A stretch of 64,000 nucleotides of DNA from Dehalococcoidia bacterium (GCA_030740155.1 JASLXV010000025.1:1-64000); one strand, 5' to 3'; positions 10,225 to 20,610 are shown, counted from the stretch's first letter. Notes: a model not told the origin generated them from the sequence alone. A program made the numbers and translations.

Positions 10225-10893
10225 GTGTATAACGTTTTCCTGCTGGCGAACCAAAACAATGGGGAGAGTCCCCTGGCCGACGCTATCAGCCGGGCCGGGC
10301 TATCCTGCCAGGTCGGGCCAGACCTGGCGCCGGTTGAGGAATCGGAGGCCTCCTCGCAACCGGACGTGGTCCTCTTGGACCTGGCCACGGTGGGCTGGGG
10401 CCAGGCAAGAGGGCTCGTTGACCGGTGCAAGAAGCTCCGGCTACCGGTGGTGGCGGTGCTGCCAAGGGAAGGCGTGGCCGAGTACGACCCCTCACTGAAC
10501 CCCGACGAACTAGTCTTGTGCCCGATCTTGGACGGCGAGCTGCTGGTCAGGATCAAGCAAGCCGTCTACCGGGTCATCGGCCCTTCTGGGTCCCAACTCC
10601 TGAGAGTTGGCGACCTGACCATCGATTTGGAACGCTACGACGTCACGGTGAAGGGGCGCCGGGTATCTTTGACCTACAAAGAGTTCCAGCTCCTCGTGCT
10701 GCTGGCGTCCAATCCCGGCCGGGTATATTCGCGGGAATCACTGCTGAGCCAGGTATGGGGATACGACTACTTGGGGGGCACCAGGACGGTCGATGTGCAT
10801 GTACGCCGGTTGCGTTCCAAGATAGAAGCCCCGGGGCGCACCTTCGTCGAGACCGTCTATCTGGTGGGCTATCGCTTCAAGATGCCTGCTTGA
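10225..10893 (+). CDS. OmpR-family (GlnR-like) regulator with an atypical receiver domain
   Basis: Winged helix LTYKEFQLL...GGTRTVDVHVRRLRSKI; the receiver has CP where KP is normal. Confidence 0.8.
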   Translation: MYNVFLLANQNNGESPLADAISRAGLSCQVGPDLAPVEESEASSQPDVVLLDLATVGWGQARGLVDRCKKLRLPVVAVLPREGVAEYDPSLNPDELVLCPILDGELLVRIKQAVYRVIGPSGSQLLRVGDLTIDLERYDVTVKGRRVSLTYKEFQLLVLLASNPGRVYSRESLLSQVWGYDYLGGTRTVDVHVRRLRSKIEAPGRTFVETVYLVGYRFKMPA

Positions 10894-10929
10894 AGGGGGT
10901 TGAGGGTTCTGGGACCGGGCACTGCCGCT

Positions 10930-13464
10930 CTAGCTGGCCTCGGTGCTTACAGTGTCCAGGAACCGCGCAACCTGGGCGGCCAGCGCCGCGTGTTTCTTGG
11001 ATTTAAGCTCCGGGTCCCGCTTCATCAGCCGCGACGCCTCATCCCGGGCCGACTCGAGCAGTTGCCGGTCCGAGAGGTGAGCCATCCGCAGGTTGGGCAG
11101 GCCGCTTTGCCGGGTGCCGAAGAAGTCCCCCGGTCCCCTCAGTTCCAGGTCCGCCTCCGCCAACCTGAATCCATCGTGAATCTGCACCATGGCCGACAGA
11201 CGCTCGTTGGGCACCTCCGAATTGCGCTCCGAAACCAGGATGCAGTAGCTCTTGTGTTCCCCTCGGCCGACGCGGCCCCGGAATTGGTGCAGTTGGGACA
11301 GGCCGAACCGCTCGGCCCCCTCGATCATCATCACGGTGGCGTTGGCCACGTCGATCCCCACTTCCACCACCGCGGTGGATACCAGGATATCCAGCTCCCC
11401 ATCCCGGAACCGGCGCATCACCCGGTCCTTGTCCTTAGATGACATCCGGCCGTGGAGAAGCCCCAGTTTCAAGTCCGGGAACACCTCCTGGGACAGCATC
11501 TCATACTCCTCGGTGGCCGCCTTGGCTTCGATGACCTCGGACTCCTCCACCAGCGGGCAGATCACGAATGCCTGGCGTCCGTCTTCGACCTGCTTGCGGA
11601 TAAAGCCGAAGGCTGCGGGGCGCCGGTCCGGTGTGAGGGTTCCGGTCGAGACCTGCTGGCGCCCCGCCGGCAGCTCGTCAAGGGTCGAAATGTCCAGGTC
11701 ACCGTAGAGGGTCAGGGTGAGGGTCCGGGGTATCGGCGTGGCGGACATGATCAGAGTGTGGGGTGTCCCGGTCCCCCTCTCCCGCAGGGCGGAGCGCTGC
11801 ATCACGCCGAACCGGTGCTGCTCGTCGGCGACGGCCAGCGCCAGCTTGGGAAGGGAAACACCTGACTGGATCAGGGCATGGGTGCCGATCACCAGGTCCA
11901 ACGACCCATCGCCGGCCATCTTGGTCAACTCCCTCTTCCGGGCCGTGCGGGTACTGCCGGTGAGCAGACCCAGCGACACCACTCTGCCCATGGACTCCAG
12001 GAACACCGACACCAGGCTGTCGTCGGCTTGGACCGGGCTGCCCATGCTGCTCAACAGGGCGCTCACGGTATGAAAATGTTGCTCCGCCAGCACCTCCGTG
12101 GGCACCATGACTGCCCCCTGGTAGCCGGTGGCGGCCACCGCCAGCAGGGCGGCCAGAGCGACCACCGTCTTGCCGCTGCCCACCTCGCCCTGGAGTAACC
12201 GGTTCATCGGCGGCGTGCCCCGCTCCAGGTCGGCGATGATCTCGTCGATGCTCCGCTGCTGGGCGGTGGTTAGCCGGAAGGGCAACGACTCGATGAACCC
12301 GTCCAGGACCTCTTTTTGGGCTACGACAGGTATCCCCTGGACATCCCGCTGCTGGTGCTGCCGGCGGCGTAGGACCGCCAGCTGCAATGCAAAAAGCTCG
12401 TCGAAAGCCAAGCGGCGCCGGGCCGCCTCCCAGGAACCCAGGTTGTCAGGGTAGTGGGCCTGCCGGATGGCGTCCCGCAGGGGCATGAACCCGGTTCGAT
12501 CCAACAGATCTTCCGGCAGCAGCTCGTCGACACCGTTCAGCCATTGCCCCAACACCTGCCAGGTGAGGCGTCGCAGGCTGCGACCCGATAGCCCCCCGGT
12601 CAGCGAGTAGACGGGCACCAGCCGGCCGGTGTGTATCGGCGCCTGGCCGGCATCCAGGAGTTCGTACTCCGGGGACACGAACACGAGCTGACCCCGGAAA
12701 GCCTCTACTTTGCCGCTGACGGCTATCCGCGCGTTGGGCTTCAGGGTGCGGGCCAGGTAGCGCTGTCCGAACCAGATGACCTTGATGTTCCCGGTTTCGT
12801 CGCTCAGGACCGCCTCGGTATCCTTGCGCTGGCCCTGTTGTCCCCCGATCACTTCCCGGGCATCCCAGATCGTGGCCATCAACGTATATTCCTGGCCCGG
12901 GGACAGCTCCGAAACCCTGGCGAACTTCGAGTAGTCCAGGTGGCGTCTGGGGAACAGGTAGATCAGATCGCGCACCGTTCGAACATCCAGGCGTTCCAGC
13001 CGGCCCGACAGCTTGGTGTCGACTCCCCGCAGGCGGTCGACGGGAACGTCGACGGAATGGCTTTCCGGCAGGGAAGGGGGGCCCTTGCCGGGTTTTGCCG
13101 CCCTGGCAGGCTTCGAGGAGCGGCTGGGGGCCGGGGCCGGAGGCGCAGCGCCGGGGCGTTTTGGCGGCGGGTCGGGGCGGCGGGTGGCGGCAGTCTGGCC
13201 CAGGCCCGCGTTTAGCGCGGCGCCCCACCGGCCGGCCCAGCGGCGGCGTTCCTCCGGGGACATGCCGGCGTAGGGAGTTTCCGCGACCTGCCGGAGCAGC
13301 TCAGGCCCCCTCGCTTGGGCGGCCATCGCCTCGGCCCAAATCTCGATAAACTTGTCAAGACCGCCCAGCACGGCGGTGTCGTCGAAACCCGTGGACTCTT
13401 CCATCCGCAGGATGCTCCGAAAGGGGCCCAGCCAGGAAGGAGGGGGTGGCTCTGGGGTTGCCAT
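10930..13464 (-). CDS. recG: ATP-dependent DNA helicase RecG
   Basis: QGEVGSGKT, DEQHRFG, MSATPIPRT, QFRGRVGRG and RGPGDFFGTRQSG motifs. Confidence 0.97.
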   Translation of the reverse strand: MATPEPPPPSWLGPFRSILRMEESTGFDDTAVLGGLDKFIEIWAEAMAAQARGPELLRQVAETPYAGMSPEERRRWAGRWGAALNAGLGQTAATRRPDPPPKRPGAAPPAPAPSRSSKPARAAKPGKGPPSLPESHSVDVPVDRLRGVDTKLSGRLERLDVRTVRDLIYLFPRRHLDYSKFARVSELSPGQEYTLMATIWDAREVIGGQQGQRKDTEAVLSDETGNIKVIWFGQRYLARTLKPNARIAVSGKVEAFRGQLVFVSPEYELLDAGQAPIHTGRLVPVYSLTGGLSGRSLRRLTWQVLGQWLNGVDELLPEDLLDRTGFMPLRDAIRQAHYPDNLGSWEAARRRLAFDELFALQLAVLRRRQHQQRDVQGIPVVAQKEVLDGFIESLPFRLTTAQQRSIDEIIADLERGTPPMNRLLQGEVGSGKTVVALAALLAVAATGYQGAVMVPTEVLAEQHFHTVSALLSSMGSPVQADDSLVSVFLESMGRVVSLGLLTGSTRTARKRELTKMAGDGSLDLVIGTHALIQSGVSLPKLALAVADEQHRFGVMQRSALRERGTGTPHTLIMSATPIPRTLTLTLYGDLDISTLDELPAGRQQVSTGTLTPDRRPAAFGFIRKQVEDGRQAFVICPLVEESEVIEAKAATEEYEMLSQEVFPDLKLGLLHGRMSSKDKDRVMRRFRDGELDILVSTAVVEVGIDVANATVMMIEGAERFGLSQLHQFRGRVGRGEHKSYCILVSERNSEVPNERLSAMVQIHDGFRLAEADLELRGPGDFFGTRQSGLPNLRMAHLSDRQLLESARDEASRLMKRDPELKSKKHAALAAQVARFLDTVSTEAS

Positions 13465-14330
13465 CAGGTGGTCGGCGCACCACCGGCGCGAATTAGGCCC
13501 ACGCCCAGGGCTCCGGGACCCACGTAGGTCCCCAGAGTCGGCCCGAAGCGGGAGATAATGATGTCGTTTTGGGGCGCCAGGCCGGACAGCCTGGCCCTCA
13601 GGTCCTCGGCCCGCTCCGGCTCGGTGCTGTAGATCACCGCCAGATGCCGGAGGGGAGCCTGTTGCTCGGTCAACTCCACCAGGCGGCGAAGGGCCCGGTC
13701 CCGGTTGCGCGGGCGCTCCATCGGGTGAGCCTCGCCGTCCTGTATCGTGAGAATCGGCTTGACTCCCAGGACCGAACCCAGAAAGGCGTGGGCTTTGCCG
13801 ATACGCCCGCCTCGCTGAAGATACTCCAGGGTGTCCAGAAGAAAGAAGCAGTGGGTCAAAGGTAAATCACCGCGCACCTGCTCGGCCACCTGCTGGTGGG
13901 AGGCCCCATCCGGGGCCAGTTGGGCCGCCGCCATCACCAGCAACCCCAAGGGAACGGACGCGAGCTGAGAGTCGACTATCTCGATGGACTCGCCCGCTTC
14001 AGCCCCCAATGAAGCTCTGGCCTGCTCCGCCGAATTCAGCGTGCCGCTCAGCTTTCTCGACAGGTGGATGGAAACGATCTGGTGGCCCTGAGCCAGCAGG
14101 TCCCGGTACACCGACTGGAAGTCGGCCGCCGATGGCTGGGCCGTGGTGGGCAGCCGGGGGTTCGAAACCAACTGCTCGTAAAACTGGTCGGGTAAGATGT
14201 CCACGCCGTCCCGGTAGGTAACGTCGTCGGATATGACGTAGCAGGGAACGACGGTGATGTTCCGTTGCTGGGACATCTCTGGCGGCAGGTCGGCCGCGCT
14301 GTCGGTCACTATTCGTATCGCCAATTTCAC
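13464..14330 (-). CDS. DegV/FakB family fatty acid-binding protein
   Basis: IVTDSAADL, PTTAQPS, SRKLSGT and LQRGGRIG motifs. Confidence 0.92.
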   Translation of the reverse strand: MKLAIRIVTDSAADLPPEMSQQRNITVVPCYVISDDVTYRDGVDILPDQFYEQLVSNPRLPTTAQPSAADFQSVYRDLLAQGHQIVSIHLSRKLSGTLNSAEQARASLGAEAGESIEIVDSQLASVPLGLLVMAAAQLAPDGASHQQVAEQVRGDLPLTHCFFLLDTLEYLQRGGRIGKAHAFLGSVLGVKPILTIQDGEAHPMERPRNRDRALRRLVELTEQQAPLRHLAVIYSTEPERAEDLRARLSGLAPQNDIIISRFGPTLGTYVGPGALGVGLIRAGGAPTT

Positions 14331-14393
14331 CCCCTTGGTTTACAGGCGAAATCCGGACCTCCGTGCCCCTGTGTCTCTTTGGCGAATACCGTC

Positions 14394-16055
14394 TCACTCC
14401 ACCGAGGCCAGATAGTGATAGTGGGGCTGGCCGCCGGGAACCAGGTCCACCTGAATGCCCGGGGTCTGCGCCTCCAACTGGCGGCGCAGCTCATCGGCGC
14501 CGGCCGGAGAAGCATCCGCCCCCTGATACAAGGTGATGATCTGGTCTTCGGAGTGAACTATCCGGTCCAGAGCGGCCTTGAGGGCCGTCTCCGGGGATTC
14601 GCCCGAGGTGGCCAGCTTGCCCTCCAGGAGGCCGATGTAGCGGCCGGCCTCGACCACATTGCCGTCGACGGTGGCGGCCCGCACCGCCTGGGTCACCTCG
14701 ACGGTGACCACGGTCTCCAGGGCGCGGCACATCTTCTCCAGGTTGCGTTCCAGTGGGTCCTCCGGGTTGAACGCCAGCATTGCGGCGACGCCCTGGGGCA
14801 CTGTGCGAGAAGGGACCACGTGAACCCGCGGATTGGCGCCAGCCGACTGCTCCGCGGTTGCCACGACGTTGGAGTTGTTGGGAAGGACTATGGTCTCCTC
14901 GCTTCCGGAAGCGCCGGCGGCATGAAGTAACTCCTCTACGCTGGGGTTCATAGTCTGGCCGCCGTCGATGATCGCGGCGCAACCGTGGTCCCGGAACAGG
15001 TGGGCCAGACCCTCGCCTTGGGCCACGGCCACCACGGCGATGCTGCCCGGCGCCGGCGCCTTAGAGCGATGCCCGGCAATAAACTCCACGGTTTGCGCGT
15101 TCATGTTTTCGATCTTGATCTGGTGCAAGCTGCCCAGGGAGGCGCCGTAGCTGAGAGGAGGCCCGGGGTCGGCGGCATGGACGTGGACCCTGGCGTAGCG
15201 GCCATCCCCCACCACCACCGCCGAGTCGGAGACTTCCTTCCCCAACCTCTCTCGAATCTGCTCCAGGGCGAGCCCCTCTTCTTCCCGGTCACTCTCAATG
15301 AGGAACTGGATGCAGTAACCCCATTGAGCGTCCGGCATGGCGTCCAGGAAGTCGCTTTCGATTTTCGTGCCGGAGCCGGCGACCGGAACGGGCTCAACGC
15401 AAGCCTCCGCCAAAGCCCGGTCCACCAGGTCCCGGTCACGGCCTGTCAGAAAGCAGAGTATCCCTCCGATGATCGCCACGATACCCATGGCGCCGGCATC
15501 CACCACTCCCGCCTCTTTGAGCACCGGCAGCTGGGAGGGCGTCCGGTACAGGGCCGCCACGGCGGCATGAAACGCGGTGTCCCAGAGGGCCGGGGTGTCT
15601 GGGTCCTCTCCTCGGTCCAGCTCTTCTTGCACCGCTATGGCCGTGGACCGGATGACGGTGAGCATGGTGCCCTCCACGGGATGGCCCACCGACCGGTAGG
15701 CGGCGTCCGCGGCCAGGTTCAAGGCTTGGGCCAGGCCGGGCCCGTCGCAGACCTCTTCACCGATGAGCGCCTCGGCGAATCCCCGGTAGAACTGGGATAG
15801 GATCACGCCGCTGTTGCCCCGAGCCCCCCAGAACGCGCCGTCGGCCAAGCCGGCCGTTACCTCGGCCGCCGATGCATCGGAGCTATCGGGACACCGCTCC
15901 ATCGCCGAGCGCATCGTCAAGAGCATGTTGGTGCCGGTGTCGCCGTCGGGCACCGGAAAGACGTTCAGGGCGTTGATGGCGTCCCGGTAGTGCTCCAGAC
16001 AGCGGGTCGCCGCGTCGAATGCCTGCCTGAAGTCGTTACCCCGGAGAACCGTCAT
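14394..16055 (-). CDS. DAK2-domain fatty acid kinase subunit (FakA/YloV-like)
   Basis: LNVFPVPDGDTGTNM, GARGNSG, VHVH, GGQTMNPS and GGQPHY motifs. Confidence 0.93.
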   Translation of the reverse strand: MTVLRGNDFRQAFDAATRCLEHYRDAINALNVFPVPDGDTGTNMLLTMRSAMERCPDSSDASAAEVTAGLADGAFWGARGNSGVILSQFYRGFAEALIGEEVCDGPGLAQALNLAADAAYRSVGHPVEGTMLTVIRSTAIAVQEELDRGEDPDTPALWDTAFHAAVAALYRTPSQLPVLKEAGVVDAGAMGIVAIIGGILCFLTGRDRDLVDRALAEACVEPVPVAGSGTKIESDFLDAMPDAQWGYCIQFLIESDREEEGLALEQIRERLGKEVSDSAVVVGDGRYARVHVHAADPGPPLSYGASLGSLHQIKIENMNAQTVEFIAGHRSKAPAPGSIAVVAVAQGEGLAHLFRDHGCAAIIDGGQTMNPSVEELLHAAGASGSEETIVLPNNSNVVATAEQSAGANPRVHVVPSRTVPQGVAAMLAFNPEDPLERNLEKMCRALETVVTVEVTQAVRAATVDGNVVEAGRYIGLLEGKLATSGESPETALKAALDRIVHSEDQIITLYQGADASPAGADELRRQLEAQTPGIQVDLVPGGQPHYHYLASVE

Positions 16056-16303
16056 GAAAAGGACCACCTGCCCGTTCCTAGGTCACACGTCGCAGCCCAT
16101 TATACCTTACGGCTCCACCGTCCCCTGTCACGAGACGGCACGTGGTGAGACCGCCGGCGGGCCCGGTTCTTTCCGGTCAACACCAACCCGCGCCGTTGCA
16201 CCCGGGGCATTCAGGGCCTTCAGGTAAGCCGTCTCCCTTCGCGAGGGTCACACTTTCTTGGTCGTTAAGTGGTATCATTCACTCCGGTCCACACGAAATC
16301 TTC

Positions 16304-16332
16304 TTGACAGTGCGAGGGCCCTGTCTTACCAT
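16304..16332 (+). promoter_or_regulatory. Sigma70-type promoter of rplU
   Basis: TTGACA-N17-TACCAT upstream of the ATG at 16351. Confidence 0.7.
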
Positions 16333-16350
16333 GGAATGTCGGGGGCACAA

Positions 16351-16737
16351 ATGGAATACGCAATCTTTAAGACCGGGGGAAAACAGTACCGTGTCAAGCC
16401 CGGTGACACACTGGACGTGGAACTGCTTACCCAGGAAGTAAACGGGGTAGCTGAATTCGGCGAGGTTCTCGCGGTTTCCGACGGCGGCGAGGTGACTTTC
16501 GGGTTTCCATTCATACCCGGCGCCAGGGTACTGGCCCAGGTTCAGTCGCACTACAAGGACCGGAAGATAATCGTCTACAAGTACAAGGCGAAGACTCGTT
16601 ACCGGCGCAAGAAGAGCCATCGTCAGACCTACACTCGTTTGCTGATTCAGGATATCCAGCTTAAAGCCGCAACCGCTTCGGCGGCTCGGAAACGAAGCAG
16701 GAAGAAACCCGCGGCGGCAAGCAAGGATAAGGAGTGA
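16351..16737 (+). CDS. rplU: 50S ribosomal protein L21
   Basis: YAIFKTGGKQYRV and HRQTYT motifs. Confidence 0.96.
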   Translation: MEYAIFKTGGKQYRVKPGDTLDVELLTQEVNGVAEFGEVLAVSDGGEVTFGFPFIPGARVLAQVQSHYKDRKIIVYKYKAKTRYRRKKSHRQTYTRLLIQDIQLKAATASAARKRSRKKPAAASKDKE

Positions 16738-16743
16738 CGAGTA

Positions 16744-17022
16744 ATGGCTCATAAGAAAGCCGGCGGCAGCAGTTCAAACGGTCGTGATAGCAACGCCAAA
16801 CGCCTTGGAGTCAAGCGGTACGGGGGCGAGCGGGTTACCAGCGGCTGCATCATCGTCCGGCAGCGGGGCACTAGGATTCACCCAGGGACCAACGTTGGGC
16901 TGGGCCGAGATTTCACCCTGTTCGCCAAGTCGGACGGCCTGGTCACATTCGAGTGGGCGGCCAAGGGCAGACGGCGAGTCAGCGTGTACCCGGCGCCGGA
17001 GTCTTCCCCGGCTGCCGCCTGA
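16744..17022 (+). CDS. rpmA: 50S ribosomal protein L27
   Basis: [16 protein letters not shown] and IIVRQRGT motifs. Confidence 0.97.
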   Translation: MAHKKAGGSSSNGRDSNAKRLGVKRYGGERVTSGCIIVRQRGTRIHPGTNVGLGRDFTLFAKSDGLVTFEWAAKGRRRVSVYPAPESSPAAA

Positions 17023-17097
17023 AGGCAGTCCTCCGTGCCCTTCTGGGGCGCTTCTCCGATGAATCGCTAAACAAGAAGAAATGGATAACCTACAGTT

Positions 17098-17298
17098 ATG
17101 AAAGCCAACATTCATCCCCAATTCTCCCGGTCCGTGGTAACGTGCTCTTGCGGCAACGTGTTCAATACCGGGGGCACCAAACCAACCGTCAGGATCGAAG
17201 TCTGCAGCAAGTGTCATCCGTTCTACACCGGCGAGCAGCGGATCGTGGACACCCAGGGCCGCATCGAGCGGCTGCGGCGTCGCTTTAACTTGGAGTAG
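17098..17298 (+). CDS. rpmE: 50S ribosomal protein L31 (Zn-binding type)
   Basis: MKANIHP, CSCG and CSKCHPFYTG motifs. Confidence 0.97.
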   Translation: MKANIHPQFSRSVVTCSCGNVFNTGGTKPTVRIEVCSKCHPFYTGEQRIVDTQGRIERLRRRFNLE

Positions 17299-17303
17299 GC
17301 TGA

Positions 17304-17345
17304 ACAACTGTGAGCCGCGGGCCTCTGGCCTCGGCTCACAGTTGT
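17304..17345. terminator. Strong hairpin just after rpmE (possible terminator or stabiliser)
   Basis: 14-bp perfect inverted repeat ACAACTGTGAGCCG / CGGCTCACAGTTGT; no clear U-tract. Confidence 0.45.
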
Positions 17346-17511
17346 GGAAGACGCCTTCGAGGGTGCGGCCGTTGCGGGTGCCTCGGAATCTCTTGGATTC
17401 GAGCCACCCCACAGACGTGAGCTAGGCCAAACGGCCGCATGTTCCTCCCAAAGTCTTGCGGGTCCTACAGAACGTAGGACCCGCGTCGCGTGAGCAATCA
17501 AGGAGGAGGCG

Positions 17512-18474
17512 GTGCCCGAAGTACCCAGGTTCTCTTACGGCGGCCAGGCCGTTATCGAAGGCGTGATGATCCGAGGCCGGAGTCACTACAGCCTCGCGGT
17601 CCGCCGCCAAGACGGCACCATCAATCACCAGTCCCAGCGGCTGAGTGAAATCTTTACCGGGCGGGCGCGGCGGGTTCCTCTGGTGCGAGGCGTGGTGGCC
17701 CTGCTCGAAACCCTAGTGCTCGGGTCCCGGGCTCTCCACCTGTCGGCCAACATGGCGATACAAAGCCAAGATTCCGGCGACGCGGAGGAGATTCCCGGCT
17801 GGATGCTGGGTGCGACCCTGGCGGTAGCCCTCGTCTTTGGCATCGGGTTCTTCTTCCTTCTGCCCCAGCTGATCGTCTGGCTGCTGGACTCCGCGATCCC
17901 TTCGACCCTTCTCCGCGAAATCATTGATGGCGCGCTTCGTCTGGCCTTTCTGCTGGCCTATATCTGGGGGATCAGCCTAATCCGCGATGTCAAACGGGTG
18001 TTCGCCTACCATGGGGCGGAGCACATGGCGGTACATGCCTACGAAGCCGGTCTGACCCTCGACGTGGCCAACGTGCGAAAGTTCGGCATGCCCCATCCCC
18101 GCTGCGGTACCGCCTTCCTGCTGACCGTGATGCTCGTTTCGGTTGTCGTTTTTGCCGCCTTTGCTGGCCTGTCGGTGGAGTGGCGGATTCTTTCCAGGAT
18201 CGTGCTGATCCCGGTGATCGCCTCCGTGAGCTACGAGATCATCCGGTTTAGCGGCGCCCACCAAGATTCGTGGATCGGGCATCTGCTGGCGCGCCCCGGC
18301 CTCCTCCTCCAGCGTCTCACCACCCGCGTGCCTGACGACAGCCAAATCGAAGTCGCCATCTGCGCCATGGAAACGGCCATGGCCGCCGATGCCGGGCGGG
18401 AGTACACCCTGGCCTACGGCCAAGCGACGGCCGGGCAAGCCATCCCGGCGCCGGTGGATGAGGAAACCCGTTGA
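17512..18474 (+). CDS. DUF1385 (YqhQ-like) membrane protein
   Basis: YGGQAVIEGVMIR, YHGAEH and HPRCGTAF motifs; transmembrane segments. Confidence 0.9.
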   Translation: MPEVPRFSYGGQAVIEGVMIRGRSHYSLAVRRQDGTINHQSQRLSEIFTGRARRVPLVRGVVALLETLVLGSRALHLSANMAIQSQDSGDAEEIPGWMLGATLAVALVFGIGFFFLLPQLIVWLLDSAIPSTLLREIIDGALRLAFLLAYIWGISLIRDVKRVFAYHGAEHMAVHAYEAGLTLDVANVRKFGMPHPRCGTAFLLTVMLVSVVVFAAFAGLSVEWRILSRIVLIPVIASVSYEIIRFSGAHQDSWIGHLLARPGLLLQRLTTRVPDDSQIEVAICAMETAMAADAGREYTLAYGQATAGQAIPAPVDEETR

Positions 18475-18516
18475 ACCGCGGCGGCAGGTGCCGGTAGACT
18501 CTTAACGGTAGAGTCT

Positions 18517-18870
18517 TTAGAAGTTACCGTCCAGGCTCAGCAGCCGTCGAGCGCCATCGTCGGGATCGAGAAAATGGAAGCCGGCCTGGCCCGACACGTA
18601 CCGGTCAATCGCGGAGTCCCCGATATGATAGTATTCCTCAGCCTGAAACCGTGCCTTTAGGTCGGCCAGTTTCTGCTTCAATACGGTAAATGCCACGACA
18701 ATTCCGTGCTCTTTCCAGATCCTCTCCTGGTTGCTGATGGTGCGGTCGGAGCAGCTGCCGATCAGGTAGCCGGCGCTCTGGGCATTTCGCACCATGTCCA
18801 TCGTAACGGCGCCCGGCGGGTCGCCCACTTCCAGGGTGCCGTCAATGTCAAAGCTGATGAGTTTCGCCAA
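18517..18870 (-). CDS. Small HAD-family hydrolase
   Basis: FDIDGT motif I and IGDS motif IV; TTG start. Confidence 0.8.
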   Translation of the reverse strand: MAKLISFDIDGTLEVGDPPGAVTMDMVRNAQSAGYLIGSCSDRTISNQERIWKEHGIVVAFTVLKQKLADLKARFQAEEYYHIGDSAIDRYVSGQAGFHFLDPDDGARRLLSLDGNF

Positions 18871-18884
18871 ATAAGTGCCTCGCT

Positions 18885-19388
18885 CTAAGTTTGATACCGC
18901 CACAGTTGACCCTGTGGCGCTTCCCCGGATAGCTTGAACTGGGGCAGGAAGAAACCATCCTCCCCTTCCATGAAAACCACTTCCACCCGGCTGCCGATGG
19001 CCACGTTCTCCTCTTTCTCCGGGCTCAGGTGCTCGTCCAAAAGGTTTGCGGTGATGCGCAGCCCGTCTCCGGGGTTGGGCTTCCCGCTCTGCTCGTCCAG
19101 CTCCACCAGCACGATGGGAAAGGGGGCCCAGTCCCGGAACCCCGGGAGCACGGTATGGGCCACGACCTGGTAGCTGTAGATGGTTCCCTTTCCGCTCACC
19201 TGGCGCCATTCCCACTTTAGAGAGGTGCACCAGGGGCAGCCGGGCCCCGGCTCGCCCCGGAGCAGGCCGCAGTCCACGCACCGTTTCACCACCAGGCGTT
19301 GGTCCCTGGCGGCTTCGAAGTACCCCTTGTACTCGGTGTCATCGTCGGAAATGCTGATTCGTTGCCCGCGATATTCGTACACCGGCAT
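18885..19388 (-). CDS. DUF35 Zn-ribbon/OB-fold protein
   Basis: CVDC...CPWC, SGKGTIYSY and VELDE motifs; directly downstream of a thiolase-like gene. Confidence 0.9.
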   Translation of the reverse strand: MPVYEYRGQRISISDDDTEYKGYFEAARDQRLVVKRCVDCGLLRGEPGPGCPWCTSLKWEWRQVSGKGTIYSYQVVAHTVLPGFRDWAPFPIVLVELDEQSGKPNPGDGLRITANLLDEHLSPEKEENVAIGSRVEVVFMEGEDGFFLPQFKLSGEAPQGQLWRYQT

Positions 19389-19392
19389 TGGT

Positions 19393-20610
19393 CTACCTCC
19401 GCATGATGAGGGCGCTGCCGACGGCCGGAGTGCCCCAACCCATATTCATGCTGATCTCGGCGTCCTTCACCTGGCGGCATTTGCCTTCGGAGTAGTCGTA
19501 GGTGTGTACTCCGTCCTGACTCTGGAGGCAGTAGTCGTCCACCGTTCCCCGGAGTTGGCGGACGTTCTCAATGACCATGTTCATCCCGTGGGTGTATCCC
19601 TCGCAAAGGTGGCCGCCGCTGGTGTTGTTGGGCCGCTTGCCGCCCAAGTTGATGACGCCGCTGGAAACGAACTCGCCACCCTCTCCCTTCTTGCACCAGC
19701 CGTAGTCCTCGAACTGAAGCAAGGCGGTGTAGGTGAAGGCGTCGTAGCAGCCGGTCACGTCCACGTCGTCGTGGGTGATCCCGGCCAGCTCGAAGACCCG
19801 GGGGCCGACGTAGTAGCCCGCCACTCTGCTGATGGGGCCGTGCTGGTAATGGAAGTCGCCTCCCGGCTTGGTGCCCCGGCCCTGAACGCCCAGGATGTGA
19901 ACAGGCCGCTTGCGGAGGTCCTTGGCCCGGTCCGCCGACGTGACGATGATGCAGGTGGCGTTGTCGGTCTCCAGGCAGCAGTCCAGCAGGTGGGCGCAGG
20001 GCCGGATGATCCAGCGGGAGTTGAGCACGTCTTCGACGGTCACCCGCTGCTTCATGATCGCCTTGGGGTTGTTGCTGGCGTGGTTGCTGTGGGCCGCCTT
20101 GATGTGGGCCAGTTGCTCGCCGGTAATGCCGTACTCCATCATGTGCCGGACGAAGGTAAAGCCGAAACGCTGGACCGGGCTGATCATGCCGTAGGGGCGG
20201 ATCTCGACGTCGGACCCGCTGACCGGTGCCGCCGCCCGTGACCCGGTGCCGCCGACGCGGACTTGGGAGTAGCCGTTCATCGACCGGAAGATGGCCACGG
20301 TCTGGCACATCCCCACCTCGATGGCGCCCATGGCCAGGCCGATCAGCGCCTCGGAGCTGGAGCCGCCGCCCGAGCAATCCATGTAGAAGTTGAGGCGAAG
20401 CCCCAGGTCGTACATCACCGAGGTGCTGGGGATCGAGTCCCCGCTGTGGTAGCTCAGCATCCCGTCAACGTCCTGGGGCGAGAGCCCGGCGTCGTTCATG
20501 GCGTTGCGGATGGCTTCCGTGGCCATGGCCCGCGTGGTGCGCCCTGAGCCGCGGCTGTACTCGGTCTCGCCGACGCCGACGATGCAGTACTTGCGTCTCA
20601 TATCGCTCAA
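19393..20610 (-). CDS. Thiolase-fold protein (SCP2/Ltp2-like, probable aldolase)
   Basis: IVGVGET, GGGSS (no nucleophile Cys), YDAFT and NTSGGHLCEGYTHG motifs. Confidence 0.85.
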   Translation of the reverse strand: MSDMRRKYCIVGVGETEYSRGSGRTTRAMATEAIRNAMNDAGLSPQDVDGMLSYHSGDSIPSTSVMYDLGLRLNFYMDCSGGGSSSEALIGLAMGAIEVGMCQTVAIFRSMNGYSQVRVGGTGSRAAAPVSGSDVEIRPYGMISPVQRFGFTFVRHMMEYGITGEQLAHIKAAHSNHASNNPKAIMKQRVTVEDVLNSRWIIRPCAHLLDCCLETDNATCIIVTSADRAKDLRKRPVHILGVQGRGTKPGGDFHYQHGPISRVAGYYVGPRVFELAGITHDDVDVTGCYDAFTYTALLQFEDYGWCKKGEGGEFVSSGVINLGGKRPNNTSGGHLCEGYTHGMNMVIENVRQLRGTVDDYCLQSQDGVHTYDYSEGKCRQVKDAEISMNMGWGTPAVGSALIMRR

